DNA of 64,000 bases from Candidatus Latescibacterota bacterium (GTDB taxonomy: Bacteria > Krumholzibacteriota > Krumholzibacteriia > WVZY01): contig CAWBQK010000002.1 in the NCBI GenBank assembly GCA_963791045.1, positions 32,001-96,000 of the forward strand, given 5' to 3'. This document shows, piece after piece, positions 29,360 to 40,663 of this stretch (positions within the stretch are counted from its first letter, which is position 1; each line of letters opens with the position of its first letter). The position numbers and the translations under genes were made by a program. Under the pieces are notes generated by a model. It made no database searches and was not told the DNA's origin. It saw only the letters and a program-made list of their open reading frames with translations.

Positions 29360-30719
29360 CTAGGTGAGCTCCTTTCTCAACTGAAGAATCGTGGCCTTCA
29401 ACTGCACGTCGGCGGCCATTTTTTCTTTTATCTTTTGAACCGCGTGAATGACGGTTGTGTGATCACGCCCACCAAAATGCTGTCCGATTTGAGTCAGCGA
29501 ACAACTAGTAAGATCACGCGCGAGATAGATAGCTATCTGTCTCGGATAAGCGTACGCGGCCGTGCGAACCTTTGATTTCATCGCGTCAACAGGGATGCGA
29601 TAGTGATGGGCAGTGACCTTTTGTATGATAGCAATGCTGGTTTTCTTGGGTTGGTGTGTGATGAAGTCTTTAAGGATCTCTTTGGAGGATTCCAAAGTGA
29701 CGTCTTCGTTATACACACTTGCGTGGACCAGCAGCTTCACAAGACTGCCCTCGAGTTCTCGAATGTTGCTCTTAACATTGTCGGCGACAAACTCGAGTAC
29801 CTCGTCGGGAATCGGCCGCTTTTCTTTTTCAACTTTTTTCTTCAAGATCGCAATACGCGTCTCGTAATCCGGGGGTTGAATGTCGGCAATAAGGCCCCAT
29901 TCAAAACGGGACCGCAGACCTTCTTCGAGTGTCGGGATCTCCTTGGGAGGACGATCGCTCGTAAGAACGATTTGCTTTTCGGCGCCGTGAAGCGAGTTGA
30001 AGGTGTGGAAGAATTCTTCCTGGGTACTTTCCTTGTTTGCCAGAAACTGGACGTCGTCGATGAGTAGCACATCGACATTGCGGTATTTCTGACGAAATTC
30101 TTGACTTTTGCCCGTACGAATGGAAGTAATGAGCTCGTTCATGAAGATTTCCGCTGAGCTGTAATGAACCTTGATACCCGGTTTGGCGTCCAGTAGGTAA
30201 TGGCCGATGGCCTGCATAAGATGTGTTTTGCCGAGGCCCACCCCGCCATAAATAAACAGGGGGTTGTAGACCTTGGCCGGTTTTTCGGCAACAGCAACGC
30301 TGGCCGCGTACGGCATCCTGCTGTTGTTGCCCTGGACAAATTCTTCAAACAGGTATTTGGGGTTTAGCGGCTCCCCACCATTCCCGTTCCTTCTCCGTGG
30401 AATCTGCACCACCGGAGGGGCTACCCGCCTCTGTGGAATTTCACCGCCGAACGCCGTTGGTGTGTTTAAAAAACACCGACGGTTCCCGGCCGATCAATTC
30501 CTCGAAGACGTAGCAGACCTTATCCTTGTGGTGTGCCTCAACCCAATCCATGGAGAATTTACTGGGGCATTCGATGGTTACGCTGTCGTCTTCTATCGAC
30601 GACAGGCGCATCGGCTTGAACCAGGTCTCGAGGGTCTGTTTGGTGACCATCGTACTGACTCGCGTCAAGAAGTCCGCCCATATCTGGTCGTAGGTCCCGC
30701 CTGAAGGGTGGATGGACAT
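29360..30719 (-). CDS. dnaA: Chromosomal replication initiator DnaA (frameshift in the domain II linker)
   Basis: ETWFKP; YNPLFIYGGVGLGKTHL; LLIDDVQF; NIRELEG; FGGRDHTTV. Confidence 0.95.
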
Positions 30720-30858
30720 CGTTGAAGCCCTTTCGTGATTTAAGCGAACCATCGCTGGGGACACTCCTCCGTTGGGCGGTGCCCCGGCCCTCTAACAAAA
30801 TTCCTGTGTCGGGAAAAAAACCCGCCACTCTCGACAAAGCAAGCAGGTTGTTCAGCGC

Positions 30859-31133
30859 TTATCCACAATTGTGGAAAAACAAGCATCCATCTGAAAAACA
30901 ACAAGATACGCCTGGCGGCGCTTTTAAAATCGGCAGGTTGTCCACAATCTGCTCCTGAGATGCGGGATTTCTTGTTGTTGGGATATCGCTTTAATGACTG
31001 AAGAAGACACTCGACTGAGTGAAGGAACGCTACCAAAAAACGCCGGGTGCTTTCAAGGTCAAAATCGAGTTTCCCACAACATTCCCCAAGACGATTGTTA
31101 GTAAATGGTTAGCATTGTATAAATTGTGGATTA
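30859..31133. promoter_or_regulatory. DnaA-box cluster upstream of dnaA
   Basis: TTATCCACA 30859, TGTGGAAAA 30870, TTGTCCACA 30938, TTTCCCACA 31070, TGTGGATTA 31125. Confidence 0.8.
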
Positions 31134-31151
31134 CTTTGTCGTATAAATGCC

Positions 31152-31180
31152 TTGACTTTACGCCCGTGCCGGGGTAGTTT
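31152..31180 (+). promoter_or_regulatory. Sigma70-like promoter for rpmH
   Basis: TTGACT-17 nt-TAGTTT. Confidence 0.55.
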
Positions 31181-31281
31181 CTATTGTTTGAGTGACAAAT
31201 ATTTGTTCTCACCCAGACATTAGTCATCCAGTCATCAATTGATACACAAAGAATCGACCGCCGAACGGCCGGAGTATAGCT

Positions 31282-31416
31282 GTGAAAAGGACTTTTCAAC
31301 CAAAATTGCAGAAACGAGCGCGCGTACATGGTTTTCGCGCGAGAATGAGCACGAAAGGCGGCAGGCTCGTCTTGAAGCGTCGCCGCAAGCGAGGCAGAAA
31401 GCGTCTGGCCGTCTAA
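31282..31416 (+). CDS. rpmH: 50S ribosomal protein L34
   Basis: Manual translation (GTG start): [44 protein letters not shown]. Confidence 0.97.
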   Translation: MKRTFQPKLQKRARVHGFRARMSTKGGRLVLKRRRKRGRKRLAV

Positions 31417-31482
31417 AGGCACAGCCGCCGGTTTCCGCCGGTTCGATCACCAGCGGGTGAAACCAGCCGGGGGCAAGGTGGT

Positions 31483-31827
31483 ATGATGTCCCGCAACGTC
31501 CTGCGCAGCTCGTGGCAGTTTCGGCTCGTCTATGAGCGTGGCAGTAAAGCCTATTGCAAATACTCGATTCTTTTTTATCACAAGACGGGTGAAGAAGGCA
31601 TCGGCCCGCAATTTGGGGTCGTCGCCAGCAAGAAGGTTGGCAATGCCGTCGAGCGCAGTCGGGCCAAGAGGTTGCTCCGCGAAGCGCTTCGTTCTACGGA
31701 AAATCGATTGATCGACCGGGATCTTTGGATCGTCGTCGTCGCCAGAAAAAACATACTAACCTGTAAGACGCCGGACGTTCTCGCTGATCTCGAAAATATG
31801 ATGATGGGTGAGGGGCTGGTTCGGTAA
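31483..31827 (+). CDS. rnpA: Ribonuclease P protein component
   Basis: FGVVASKKVGNAVERSRAKRLLRE; synteny. Confidence 0.93.
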   Translation: MMSRNVLRSSWQFRLVYERGSKAYCKYSILFYHKTGEEGIGPQFGVVASKKVGNAVERSRAKRLLREALRSTENRLIDRDLWIVVVARKNILTCKTPDVLADLENMMMGEGLVR

Positions 31828-31890
31828 TATGCCTTGCAATTATATTGATATCATATAATTAGATCGAATTCTAATAAGGCGAACATTGTA

Positions 31891-32112
31891 ATGAAGCGTA
31901 TATTGAGCGCACCACTAATCGCTGCCATCGGCGCGTATCAGAAGCTCATTTCCCCGTTTCTCCCCAGGAGCTGCCGGTTCTATCCGAGCTGTTCCACTTA
32001 CGCGATTCAATCCATAGAAAAATACGGTAGCTGGCGCGGCACGTTCCGGTCGATCCGGCGCGTTTGCCGGTGTCATCCCTGGCACCCCGGGGGCGAAGAC
32101 CTTGTTGATTAA
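31891..32112 (+). CDS. yidD: Membrane protein insertion efficiency factor
   Basis: [27 protein letters not shown]. Confidence 0.95.
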   Translation: MKRILSAPLIAAIGAYQKLISPFLPRSCRFYPSCSTYAIQSIEKYGSWRGTFRSIRRVCRCHPWHPGGEDLVD

Positions 32113-32135
32113 TCTCCAACACTAGGAGTCCTACA

Positions 32136-34023
32136 CTGGAACGACGACTTCTTATCGCTTTTGTCCTCTCGCTGTCGCTTATTCTGGCGTACCAGATCTT
32201 CTATTATGGCCCGCGGATGAAAAAGGTCCAGGAGGAGCGGCGCCTGAAGATGGCCCAGGAGCAGCTCGAAGAGCAAGAACAGCTCGCGCAGCAAGCCTTA
32301 CGGGATTCACTCGATCGAGCTTCCCGTCCTAATAGCGAGTCCGACGCGGGCGAAGGATCCGGCGCGTTCGACACGCCGACTTCGGCCGGTGACGATGAAT
32401 ACTCATCCGAAACCACGCCTGGCGGCGACCTTCCCGCGGTCGCAAGCGGCGATGTGAGCCTCATCACTGTCCGCTCCCCTCTCTACGAGATGGTTATGTC
32501 GACGGCCGGCGGCGAAATAGTGTCCGTGCGGTTGACCAACTTCGAAACCGAGGGAGAGCCCGTCGAGTTGATCGTCCAGGACGATACGCCGAGACGGGGC
32601 GGAATGATCAATGTCACGCTTGTTGGCGAAACTCAGACCCAACCCCTTGCTAATGTTCTCTTTGAGGTGTACGCCGGCGCGTCCCCCACGCCGCTTGCCG
32701 ATGGATCGGTCTTCCTGATCGACGAGACCACACCCGAGAAGGAAATCGTTTTCCGGGCGGTTGGCGCAGGCGTTAACGGGGTCGAACGGTATTATCGATT
32801 TACACACGACTCATATCTGATAAACGCGGGTGTTCGTTTCGCCTCGACACAGATTTCCTACGCCCGAGAGGTGAAGTGGGGATTCGGGCCGGGTATGCGC
32901 TCGACCGAGAAGAACGAAAAGGAAGACAAGGCGGCGATGCGCGCCACTCTGCGTATTGGTGACGAATTCCACCGCAAAAAGCCGGGCGATTTTGACGAGA
33001 ACTACACAGGGACCGTTCAATGGGCGGCTCTTCAAAACAAATACTTTACGACAATACTGATGGCTCAGGCCCCTGCGGGCGGCCAGGTGTCCGCGACCGG
33101 CGTCAAGGCGGAGTCGTTTATGACGGCGTCAATCGAGTTACCGCTTTCCGAGAGGCTCGGGCAGGTCGATCAGATGATCGATGTTTATCTGGGGCCGATC
33201 GACTACAAAGCGCTCAAGGCGTTCGACCGGGGCCTCGAGAAGAATGTCGAGATGGGATTCTGGCTCTTCAGGCCGGTGAGCAGCGTCATCCTTTGGAGTC
33301 TCCTGTGGCTTTACAGGTTTATCCCAAATTACGGCGTGGTCATCCTCCTTCTTTCGGTCGTTACAAAGATTTTGTTCTACCGTTTGACCCACAAGAGCTT
33401 CAAGTCGATGCGCGATCTCCAGTCGCTCCAGCCGCGGATCCAGGCGCTGAAGGACAAGTACGGGGACGACAAGCAGAAGCTCAGCCAGGAGACGATGAGT
33501 CTCTACAAGGAAGCTGGAGTGAACCCGCTTGGCGGATGTCTCCCGATGCTTCTCCAGATGCCCGTTTTTATTGCCCTTTTTAATGTGCTCCGTAGCACCA
33601 TAGAGCTGCGCGGGGCGCCTTTTGTGGGCTGGATGAACGACCTCTCTCAGCAGGACGTTCTCGCCACCATCCCGGTAACCTTGCCGTTTATCGGGAATGC
33701 GGTGAGCCTCCTTCCCATCCTTATGGGCGTCGGGATGCTCGTTCAGTCCAAGATCGGTGGTTCGATTGCCGGTCCGACGCAGAGTGCGGCACAGCCAAAA
33801 GCGTTCCAGTATCTGTTGCCCATCGTGTTTACGGTTCTCTTTTACCGCATGCCATCGGGGCTGGTGCTCTACTGGCTGGTGAACACGGTCATGTCGGTTG
33901 CCCAGCAGTATTACATCAACAAGGGAGCCGACGCCGAAGAGAAAGCAAACGGAACCGCAGTTGTAGATGAAGAAACCAAGCAAGTCGAAAACGAACAAAG
34001 CAAAACCAAAATCCAAAAAATAA
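32136..34023 (+). CDS. yidC: Membrane protein insertase YidC (CTG start; probable +1 indel near 33975 fuses it to jag in the ORF track)
   Basis: NYGVVILLL, LQPRIQALKDKY, GVNPLGGCLPMLLQMPVF, PSGLVLYW; alternative-frame Lys-rich tail ends TAA at 34021-34023. Confidence 0.9.
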
Positions 34024-34040
34024 GGACAGGTGATCATTAC

Positions 34041-34721
34041 ATGGCGCAAAACGTCGAATCCTCGGGCAAGACCATCGAACAAGCGCTGCAGAAAGCGCTC
34101 AAGGAACTCGACGCCCGTCCGGAAGATGTCGATATCGAGATCCTTCCCGGAACAAACAAGGGCTTTTTTGGCGGTCTCTTCGGGTCGAAAACTGTAAGCA
34201 TCAAAGTGACCTTGCGGGACGCCAAGGGCGGCACCGAAGACCATGTCGATACTCTGAAGGTTATTCTCGCCAAGCTTCTCGGTCTTATGGGTGTCGATTA
34301 CGATGTCACAATAGAAACGCTCCCCGACACGACATTTATCAATATCAACTCGTCGGGGCTGGACGGGCTGCTTATCGGCCGGCGCGGCGAAACGCTCGCC
34401 TCACTCCAGCACGTGGTCAACCGTGTGTTCACGAGCAGGACCGGTCAGCACAGCAAGATCACGATCGATGTAGGCGGATATATAAAACGCAAACACCGTC
34501 TTCTCGTCGAGCGTTCACGCAAGGTCGCCGACCGTGTGCGCAAGACGGGCAAGGAATTTGATTTCGAGCCACTAAAAGCCGCGGACCGCCGGATCATCCA
34601 TCTGGCCGTCTCCGAGCTTAACGAAGTCACCACTTACACGATCGGAGACGGACTGCTCCGCAAAGTGGTAATCACGCCAAAAACCAACGAGGCTTCCGGG
34701 AGCGCGGGTCGCGACAACTGA
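34041..34721 (+). CDS. jag: RNA-binding protein Jag/EloR/KhpB
   Basis: SGKTIEQAL, KGFFG, KH motif LIGRRGETL, R3H motif RRIIH. Confidence 0.92.
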   Translation: MAQNVESSGKTIEQALQKALKELDARPEDVDIEILPGTNKGFFGGLFGSKTVSIKVTLRDAKGGTEDHVDTLKVILAKLLGLMGVDYDVTIETLPDTTFININSSGLDGLLIGRRGETLASLQHVVNRVFTSRTGQHSKITIDVGGYIKRKHRLLVERSRKVADRVRKTGKEFDFEPLKAADRRIIHLAVSELNEVTTYTIGDGLLRKVVITPKTNEASGSAGRDN

Positions 34722-34745
34722 TCCCGCCCGGAGTGCCAGGCCCCT

Positions 34746-36140
34746 ATGACGAGCGACCACGATTCTACGATCGCGGCGCTCTCAACCCCCGCCGGTGAGT
34801 CCGGCATCGCCGTGGTTCGAATGTCGGGGGGACGAGCGCTCGCCATTCTCGCCGGTTTATTCCGAACGAAGGACGGAACCGTACGTAGCGGTGCATGGGA
34901 GCACCGGCGCCTCTACTACGGCAAGGTGGTCGACGCTGACGGTGAACCGATCGATGAAGTTGTCTGCGCGATAATGCGCGCGCCGGAATCGTATTCCGGA
35001 GAAGACACAGTCGAGATCAGCTGTCACGGAAATACCGTTATCATATCAAAATTGCTGCGAGCGCTCTTCGACGCGGGGGCCAGACCGGCCGAGCCGGGTG
35101 AGTTTACAAAGCGAGCTTTCTTAAACGGCAAGCTCGATCTTATCCAGGCGGAAGCCGTCGGGGATCTCATTCACTCACGCAGCGAACTCCAGCAGCGGGT
35201 TGCCCGCGAACAACTCGAGGGGTCGCTCTCGGCCCGGATCAACGCCCTCGCCGACGAGTTTCTTGGACTTCTGGGGATCGTCGAGGCCAACATCGATTTT
35301 ATCGAAGAGGGAATCGAAACGATCAACTATGACGAAGCGGTCGCGCTGGTCTGCGCGCACCGCGTGCGCCTGGACACGCTCCTCGGGTCGGCCCCCTTGA
35401 GCCGCCCCTTTCGCGAGGGGTATCGCGTGGGAATCGCCGGGCCGGTCAATGTCGGTAAGAGCAGCTTGTTCAACAAGTTAATTGGAGAGAGCCGGGCGAT
35501 CGTTACCGAAATACCGGGAACGACGCGTGACGTTTTGCGGGAACCGATTGTTCTCGAGGGGCTTCTTTTTGTGGTTCAGGACACGGCGGGGCTCCGCGGA
35601 ACCACCGACGAGGTGGAAAGCATAGGCGTGGGACTCGCCGAGTCGACGGTGGATGAAGCGGACATTGTTTTGTTTACGATTGACGGATCGGAACCGATTG
35701 ACGACGAGGTGGAGGCGCGGATCGGAAGGCTCAAACCAGACCGAACAATACTTATTTTGAACAAAATCGATTTGCCGTCGCACGCGTCACTCGATAAATT
35801 GAATAAAGCCCATCCGTCGCTGAGGGTTCTGCCTGTTTCGGCGCATACGGGCGAGGGAATAAGCGACCTGACCGAAGCGCTTGTCGAACGGGTTGCGCGC
35901 GATGGACTCGATTGGATCGCGCGCGAACGCGTTGTTCTCAACACGCGACTTGTGTCGCTTCTGGAAAACGCGCGCGAGCACCTCGGCGTCCTTGAGAAAA
36001 ATCTGGCGGCACGCGCGCCGCTCGAGATTCTCGCGCTGGACACGCGCGAAGCGTTGTCGTTTTACGAGTCGGCGACGGGGAAGCGCTACAGCGAGGATCT
36101 CCTCGATACGATCTTTTCGAGATTTTGCATTGGCAAGTAG
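34746..36140 (+). CDS. mnmE: tRNA modification GTPase MnmE
   Basis: TIAALSTPAG, GPVNVGKSSL, PGTTRD, DTAG, NKID, FCIGK. Confidence 0.96.
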   Translation: MTSDHDSTIAALSTPAGESGIAVVRMSGGRALAILAGLFRTKDGTVRSGAWEHRRLYYGKVVDADGEPIDEVVCAIMRAPESYSGEDTVEISCHGNTVIISKLLRALFDAGARPAEPGEFTKRAFLNGKLDLIQAEAVGDLIHSRSELQQRVAREQLEGSLSARINALADEFLGLLGIVEANIDFIEEGIETINYDEAVALVCAHRVRLDTLLGSAPLSRPFREGYRVGIAGPVNVGKSSLFNKLIGESRAIVTEIPGTTRDVLREPIVLEGLLFVVQDTAGLRGTTDEVESIGVGLAESTVDEADIVLFTIDGSEPIDDEVEARIGRLKPDRTILILNKIDLPSHASLDKLNKAHPSLRVLPVSAHTGEGISDLTEALVERVARDGLDWIARERVVLNTRLVSLLENAREHLGVLEKNLAARAPLEILALDTREALSFYESATGKRYSEDLLDTIFSRFCIGK

Positions 36141-36162
36141 GAGTAGAGTGCGGGCGGCGTGC

Positions 36163-36339
36163 ACGGCGTTTTTGTCGACGAACCAGTGGTCGTGTCGTGA
36201 CCGGTGCTACTATCGGCGAATCAGTGATCCGCACGAAGCGTAAGCGAGCACGCGCGGGCTTACCATTTGGGCTCTCGAAGCATCTGAGCCAAGTTCCCCG
36301 CACTTCGCTTCGCTCAGGGTATCGGCGACAGGACCCGTG
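36163..36339 (+). repeat. Dispersed palindromic repeat family, copy with one ~59-bp insert module
   Basis: AGCGAGCACGCGCGGGCTTACCAT...GAAGCATCTGAGC...CCCCGCACTTCGCTTCGCTC...GACAGGACCCG shared with 44298-44498. Confidence 0.85.
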
Positions 36340-36370
36340 GCAAGTTAAACGACAAGACCAATAACAGCTC

Positions 36371-38287
36371 ATGACACTCAAGTATGACCTCATAGTTATC
36401 GGCGGCGGACACGCCGGGTGCGAAGCGGCTCTCGTAGCGGCGCGCTCAGGCGTTAGGACCGCGCTCGTCACCCTGACCCTTGACCGTATCGGTCATATGC
36501 CGTGTAACCCGGCGGTTGGCGGTCTCGCTAAGGGGCATCTGGTCAAAGAGTTAGACGTATTGGGTGGTGAGATCGGACACGCTACCGATATTGCTGGGAT
36601 CCAGTTCCGTATGCTGAACCGCGCAAAAGGGCCGGCCGTGTGGTCACCACGCGCGCAGGTCGACAAGTTTCACTATCGCGAGGCAATGAAGCATGTCGTT
36701 GAAAATCAGATAAACCTTGATGTCTTTGAAGGGGAAGTGGCGGATGTCCTGGCCGAGCACTATCGTTTTCAAGGTATCGTGATGAAGACAGGTGTCAAGA
36801 TCTTGTCACCCTATGGAGTGCTGACCGCCGGGACATTTCTGCGGGGCTTGATGCACATAGGGGAGAAGAAAATCACCGGCGGGCGCGAGGGAGAACCCCA
36901 GTCGAGCACACTGTCGAGCGCACTTTCGGCGGCCGGATTCCGAATGGGCCGGCTAAAGACTGGGACACCGCCGCGGATTCTTCGAAGCTCTGTCGATTTG
37001 TCGAAGCTTGAACCGCAGCCGGGTGACGATCCACCGACACCTTTCTCGCACCGGACGGAATCGCTCGATCTGACACAAGAGCTGTGTTACCTTACATTTA
37101 CAACTGAAAAAACCCATGAAATTCTCCGCGAGGCTCTCGATCGTTCGCCCCTGTACCGAGGGGACATCGAAGGAATCGGGACCCGTTACTGTCCGTCAAT
37201 AGAGGACAAGGTGGTGCGTTTTCCGGAGAAAGTCAGACACCAGGTGTTCGTCGAGCCAGAAGGCAGGGGGCACCCCGAGCTCTATCTCAACGGGATCTCA
37301 ACGAGTATGCCCGTCGATATCCAGCTGAAGATGCTTGGGTCCGTTCCAGGACTCGAAACAGCGGTGATGCAGAGGCCCGGGTACGCGGTGGAATATGATT
37401 ACTTCCCGCCGGACCAGCTCAAGCGAACTCTGGAGTCAAAACACATCGAAGGGTTGTATTTCGCGGGTCAGGTAAACGGCACCTCGGGATATGAAGAGGC
37501 GGCGGCTCAGGGGTTTGTCGCCGGGATTAATGTCGTTCAAAGGCTCAAAGACTTGGAAGCCTTTGTCCCAAAACGAGATGAGGCTTATATCGGCGTCATG
37601 CTCGACGACCTCACTACCAAAGAAATCGATGAGCCGTACCGAATGTTCACTTCGAGGGCGGAATTTCGGCTTCTTCTCCGCCAGGACAACGCCGACGAGC
37701 GACTGATGCACTACGGCGTCAAGTGGGGGCTTGTAGATGAGGCGGAGCTGCAAGGAGTTCAACAGCGGGTCAGCGACGTGGAAACGGTAATTGACCGGCT
37801 TGGCAAGGCGGTATTTCCCATAAGGGCCGGGAATGAGCTGTTCGAGTCGAAGGGGCTCGGGTCGGTAAACAAACCGTCCTCGCTGCTCCAGGTGCTCAAG
37901 CGGCCGGATGTCCGTTTTCGACACGTCGAAACGTTTCTCGAGGGGGAAATCCCTGAGTGCAACGTGTTTGACAATCACGTAGAGTGTTCGGTGAAATACC
38001 GCGGGTACATCGAACGGCAGGAACGCGACATCAAAACGGTCAGAGATATGGAGGGTAAGACGATCCCGGATGACTTCTCATACGAAGCGATCTCTGGGCT
38101 GAGCACCGAATCACGGCAGAAGCTTGTTGCCAAGCGTCCAGAAACCATCGGGCATGCCTCGCGAATCTCAGGAGTCAGGGCCTCTGACCTCTCCATCCTC
38201 GTCGTCCACCTCGAACGCCACCGGCGAAACGGTGGAAAATCGAACGAACAACCCACCCCGGAATCTAATGTCGACGGACAGAACTGA
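36371..38287 (+). CDS. mnmG: tRNA uridine-5-carboxymethylaminomethyl modification enzyme MnmG
   Basis: [52 protein letters not shown]. Confidence 0.97.
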   Translation: MTLKYDLIVIGGGHAGCEAALVAARSGVRTALVTLTLDRIGHMPCNPAVGGLAKGHLVKELDVLGGEIGHATDIAGIQFRMLNRAKGPAVWSPRAQVDKFHYREAMKHVVENQINLDVFEGEVADVLAEHYRFQGIVMKTGVKILSPYGVLTAGTFLRGLMHIGEKKITGGREGEPQSSTLSSALSAAGFRMGRLKTGTPPRILRSSVDLSKLEPQPGDDPPTPFSHRTESLDLTQELCYLTFTTEKTHEILREALDRSPLYRGDIEGIGTRYCPSIEDKVVRFPEKVRHQVFVEPEGRGHPELYLNGISTSMPVDIQLKMLGSVPGLETAVMQRPGYAVEYDYFPPDQLKRTLESKHIEGLYFAGQVNGTSGYEEAAAQGFVAGINVVQRLKDLEAFVPKRDEAYIGVMLDDLTTKEIDEPYRMFTSRAEFRLLLRQDNADERLMHYGVKWGLVDEAELQGVQQRVSDVETVIDRLGKAVFPIRAGNELFESKGLGSVNKPSSLLQVLKRPDVRFRHVETFLEGEIPECNVFDNHVECSVKYRGYIERQERDIKTVRDMEGKTIPDDFSYEAISGLSTESRQKLVAKRPETIGHASRISGVRASDLSILVVHLERHRRNGGKSNEQPTPESNVDGQN

Positions 38288-38942
38288 AGATATAGCAACA
38301 GTTTTGGCCGATGTGTCGGCCGAGGTGGAACGAGTTGACCCCGGTCGGATGACCGTACTCCTCGAAGAGCTCTTCCGCTGGAATCCCCAATTAGGACTCG
38401 TCTCCAAACAGAACACCCCAGAGGTAGTTGTCCGGCTCATCCGGCGGAGCGCCCAATTGTGGCGGTTTGTTACGGACAACGCCGTTCTGCCGATGCCCGG
38501 TGCGACGGGGAGCGCCGAAGAACCACCGCTTCGGGTGGCCGATGTGGGCTCGGGTGGCGGTTTCCCGGGACTCCTGTGGAAACTCCTCGAGCCTCGGCTC
38601 GATGTTACACTCATTGAACGCAAGGACCGCAAGGTCGCATTTCTCGAGCGTGCGATTGTGCGGATGCAGTTGGATGGGGTGGAGGCGCTGTCATCCGACC
38701 TCGCGGATGTTGCGAGGAAGGATGTTTTCCAGGGTGCGTTCGATGTGGTCGTGCTCATGGCCGTGAGCGACCCAAGCGACCTGGCCGCTCCGATCGAGAG
38801 AATCCTCAAGCCGTCGGGCTATCTCTGTGCCGTCCGAGGACGCGACCAGGCTCCACGGCCCCCGCGTATCGGCGAGTCGCTGAAAGAACGTGTGAAGGAG
38901 GAGAGAGCGGACGGGCGATTCCTCCTCTACCAGAAGATCTGA
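38268..38942 (+). CDS. rsmG: 16S rRNA m7G527 methyltransferase
   Basis: [16 protein letters not shown]; follows mnmG. Confidence 0.85.
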   Translation: MSTDRTEDIATVLADVSAEVERVDPGRMTVLLEELFRWNPQLGLVSKQNTPEVVVRLIRRSAQLWRFVTDNAVLPMPGATGSAEEPPLRVADVGSGGGFPGLLWKLLEPRLDVTLIERKDRKVAFLERAIVRMQLDGVEALSSDLADVARKDVFQGAFDVVVLMAVSDPSDLAAPIERILKPSGYLCAVRGRDQAPRPPRIGESLKERVKEERADGRFLLYQKI

Positions 38943-39009
38943 CCTCTCGTTTATCCTCCAAAACTACAAGCAACAACAAAACACTATAAGTAACAACGTG
39001 TTACTTGAG

Positions 39010-39025
39010 TGTTTCACGTGAAACA
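39010..39025. promoter_or_regulatory. parS: parS centromere site
   Basis: Perfect TGTTTCACGTGAAACA, 1.6 kb upstream of parA. Confidence 0.92.
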
Positions 39026-39152
39026 ATTAGAAGCGACGGGGAATCACATGCCCTGACGAGAACTTTTTGGCACAGGCCGGAAAAAGCTTGCTTTGGTCCG
39101 GCGGTTGCGATTAATGTTTCGAAGAACCCCATGCACGAACCGAGGAGATGCT

Positions 39153-40508
39153 ATGATTCTTCGTAAGGCATTGTATATCATATGTTTATGCAGCATTGCG
39201 CTCCTGCCGCTGGCCGGATGTTCGAGCGATGACAACGGAACAACCCCCGACAACAACAACCCCCCGACGGTCGAATTCACAATAGACAAACTGGCGGTGC
39301 CCAGAGTGTCGGACATAACACTCACCGCCACAACCGATGACCCGGATGGTGACCCCGTCACGGTTAACTGGCAAGTGACCCGCGGGGTGCTCAACCAGTC
39401 GCAGCAGGGGCAGCCTTCTATCGGATGGATTACACCCCAGGTGGCAGGGCTGGACACCATTACAATTACCGCCGCGGACAACAAAGGCGGTTCGACAACC
39501 ATCACCGAAACCATCAAGGTAGGGTGGCTCGTTTCGAACCGCATCCAGCCCCCCGGACAAACCTGGCGGGCGGTAAACTCGCCAATCATTGTCCGGCCCG
39601 GCGAGGACAAGTTCGTCATCACAGAAGGGGCGAGGCTGGTCATCGAGGCCGGGGTCGAAGTCCTATTCGATCGCCGCGATCTCGAGGCGGTCGTTTCCGG
39701 CGGGACGCTCGAAATGAACGGCGATGCCGTCGATCCGGTGGTGATTCTTCCAAATACGAAGACTCCGGAACCAGGGTGGTGGGCTGGGATACTCGTTGCC
39801 AGTGGGGAGCTTGGCCAGCCCGGAATCGCGGATCTGACCCATGCACGGATCGGCTATGCCACGTCCGCCGTTCGCGGTATCAACACGGCTGACGTCATGA
39901 TCCACAACTGTGACATCAAATTCGCCTTCGAAAACGCCGTCCTCTACGAGGGAGCAGGGAATTTACTCGTTGAAAATTCGAACTTTACCAACAATGAACG
40001 CACCGCGATCCGTGTTGAAAGCGGCGTTTTGCTCCCCGAGAGCGTCATCATTCGCGGAGACAGTATTGCCGTCAACGGAGACCTGTCCGGCTCGACCCCT
40101 TACGAGGACGATGCGGCGATACTGATTAACCTTGACGATCCCTTTGGCACCGTTTACATAGATATTTCAGACAACGAGATATCGCGCAACGCATTTCCTG
40201 GTATGCAGTTAACGAATGCGGTCTTTCCGTTTGTCCATCATAATGCAATTTTTGCGAATGAGTTTGGCAAGTCGGGGACCCGTTTCAATATCCGCCTCAC
40301 GGACGACTTCGGCTCCCAGGGTGGTCAGGATACCATTGATGCCCGCTGCAACTACTGGGGTGGCTTCTACCCGAATCCGGCGGACTCGGTAATGATCAAG
40401 GCCGGCATTCGCGACGCGGATGACAACGCGACCATACTCGTCGATGTCATCGTCACGCCGTGGCTCAGCCAGTGGCCACCGGTTAGTCTGCCGCCGGAAT
40501 GCCAGTAG
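39153..40508 (+). CDS. Lipoprotein with Ig-like domain and right-handed beta-helix
   Basis: Lipobox LAGC; NNPPTV..DDPDGDPV..DNKGG; ARLVIEAGVEV, PGWWAGI, IDARCNYWG; GAGGAG RBS. Confidence 0.75.
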   Translation: MILRKALYIICLCSIALLPLAGCSSDDNGTTPDNNNPPTVEFTIDKLAVPRVSDITLTATTDDPDGDPVTVNWQVTRGVLNQSQQGQPSIGWITPQVAGLDTITITAADNKGGSTTITETIKVGWLVSNRIQPPGQTWRAVNSPIIVRPGEDKFVITEGARLVIEAGVEVLFDRRDLEAVVSGGTLEMNGDAVDPVVILPNTKTPEPGWWAGILVASGELGQPGIADLTHARIGYATSAVRGINTADVMIHNCDIKFAFENAVLYEGAGNLLVENSNFTNNERTAIRVESGVLLPESVIIRGDSIAVNGDLSGSTPYEDDAAILINLDDPFGTVYIDISDNEISRNAFPGMQLTNAVFPFVHHNAIFANEFGKSGTRFNIRLTDDFGSQGGQDTIDARCNYWGGFYPNPADSVMIKAGIRDADDNATILVDVIVTPWLSQWPPVSLPPECQ

Positions 40509-40663
40509 GATCACCCGATCCGCATAAGTATACGTATTTGACTGACCGAGTTGATTTCTGCGCATGGGGGTGGAACGGCTTTGAAGGATTCGATCGAGTT
40601 TATCCAGAGTCATTTGACAATAGACAGCAATGCGAAAGGATCGGTGAGAAAGCCGTCTGAACC

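Noticed and set aside
30412-30500. Programmed frameshift in dnaA
   Set aside because: No precedent known to me; indel errors are frequent across this region
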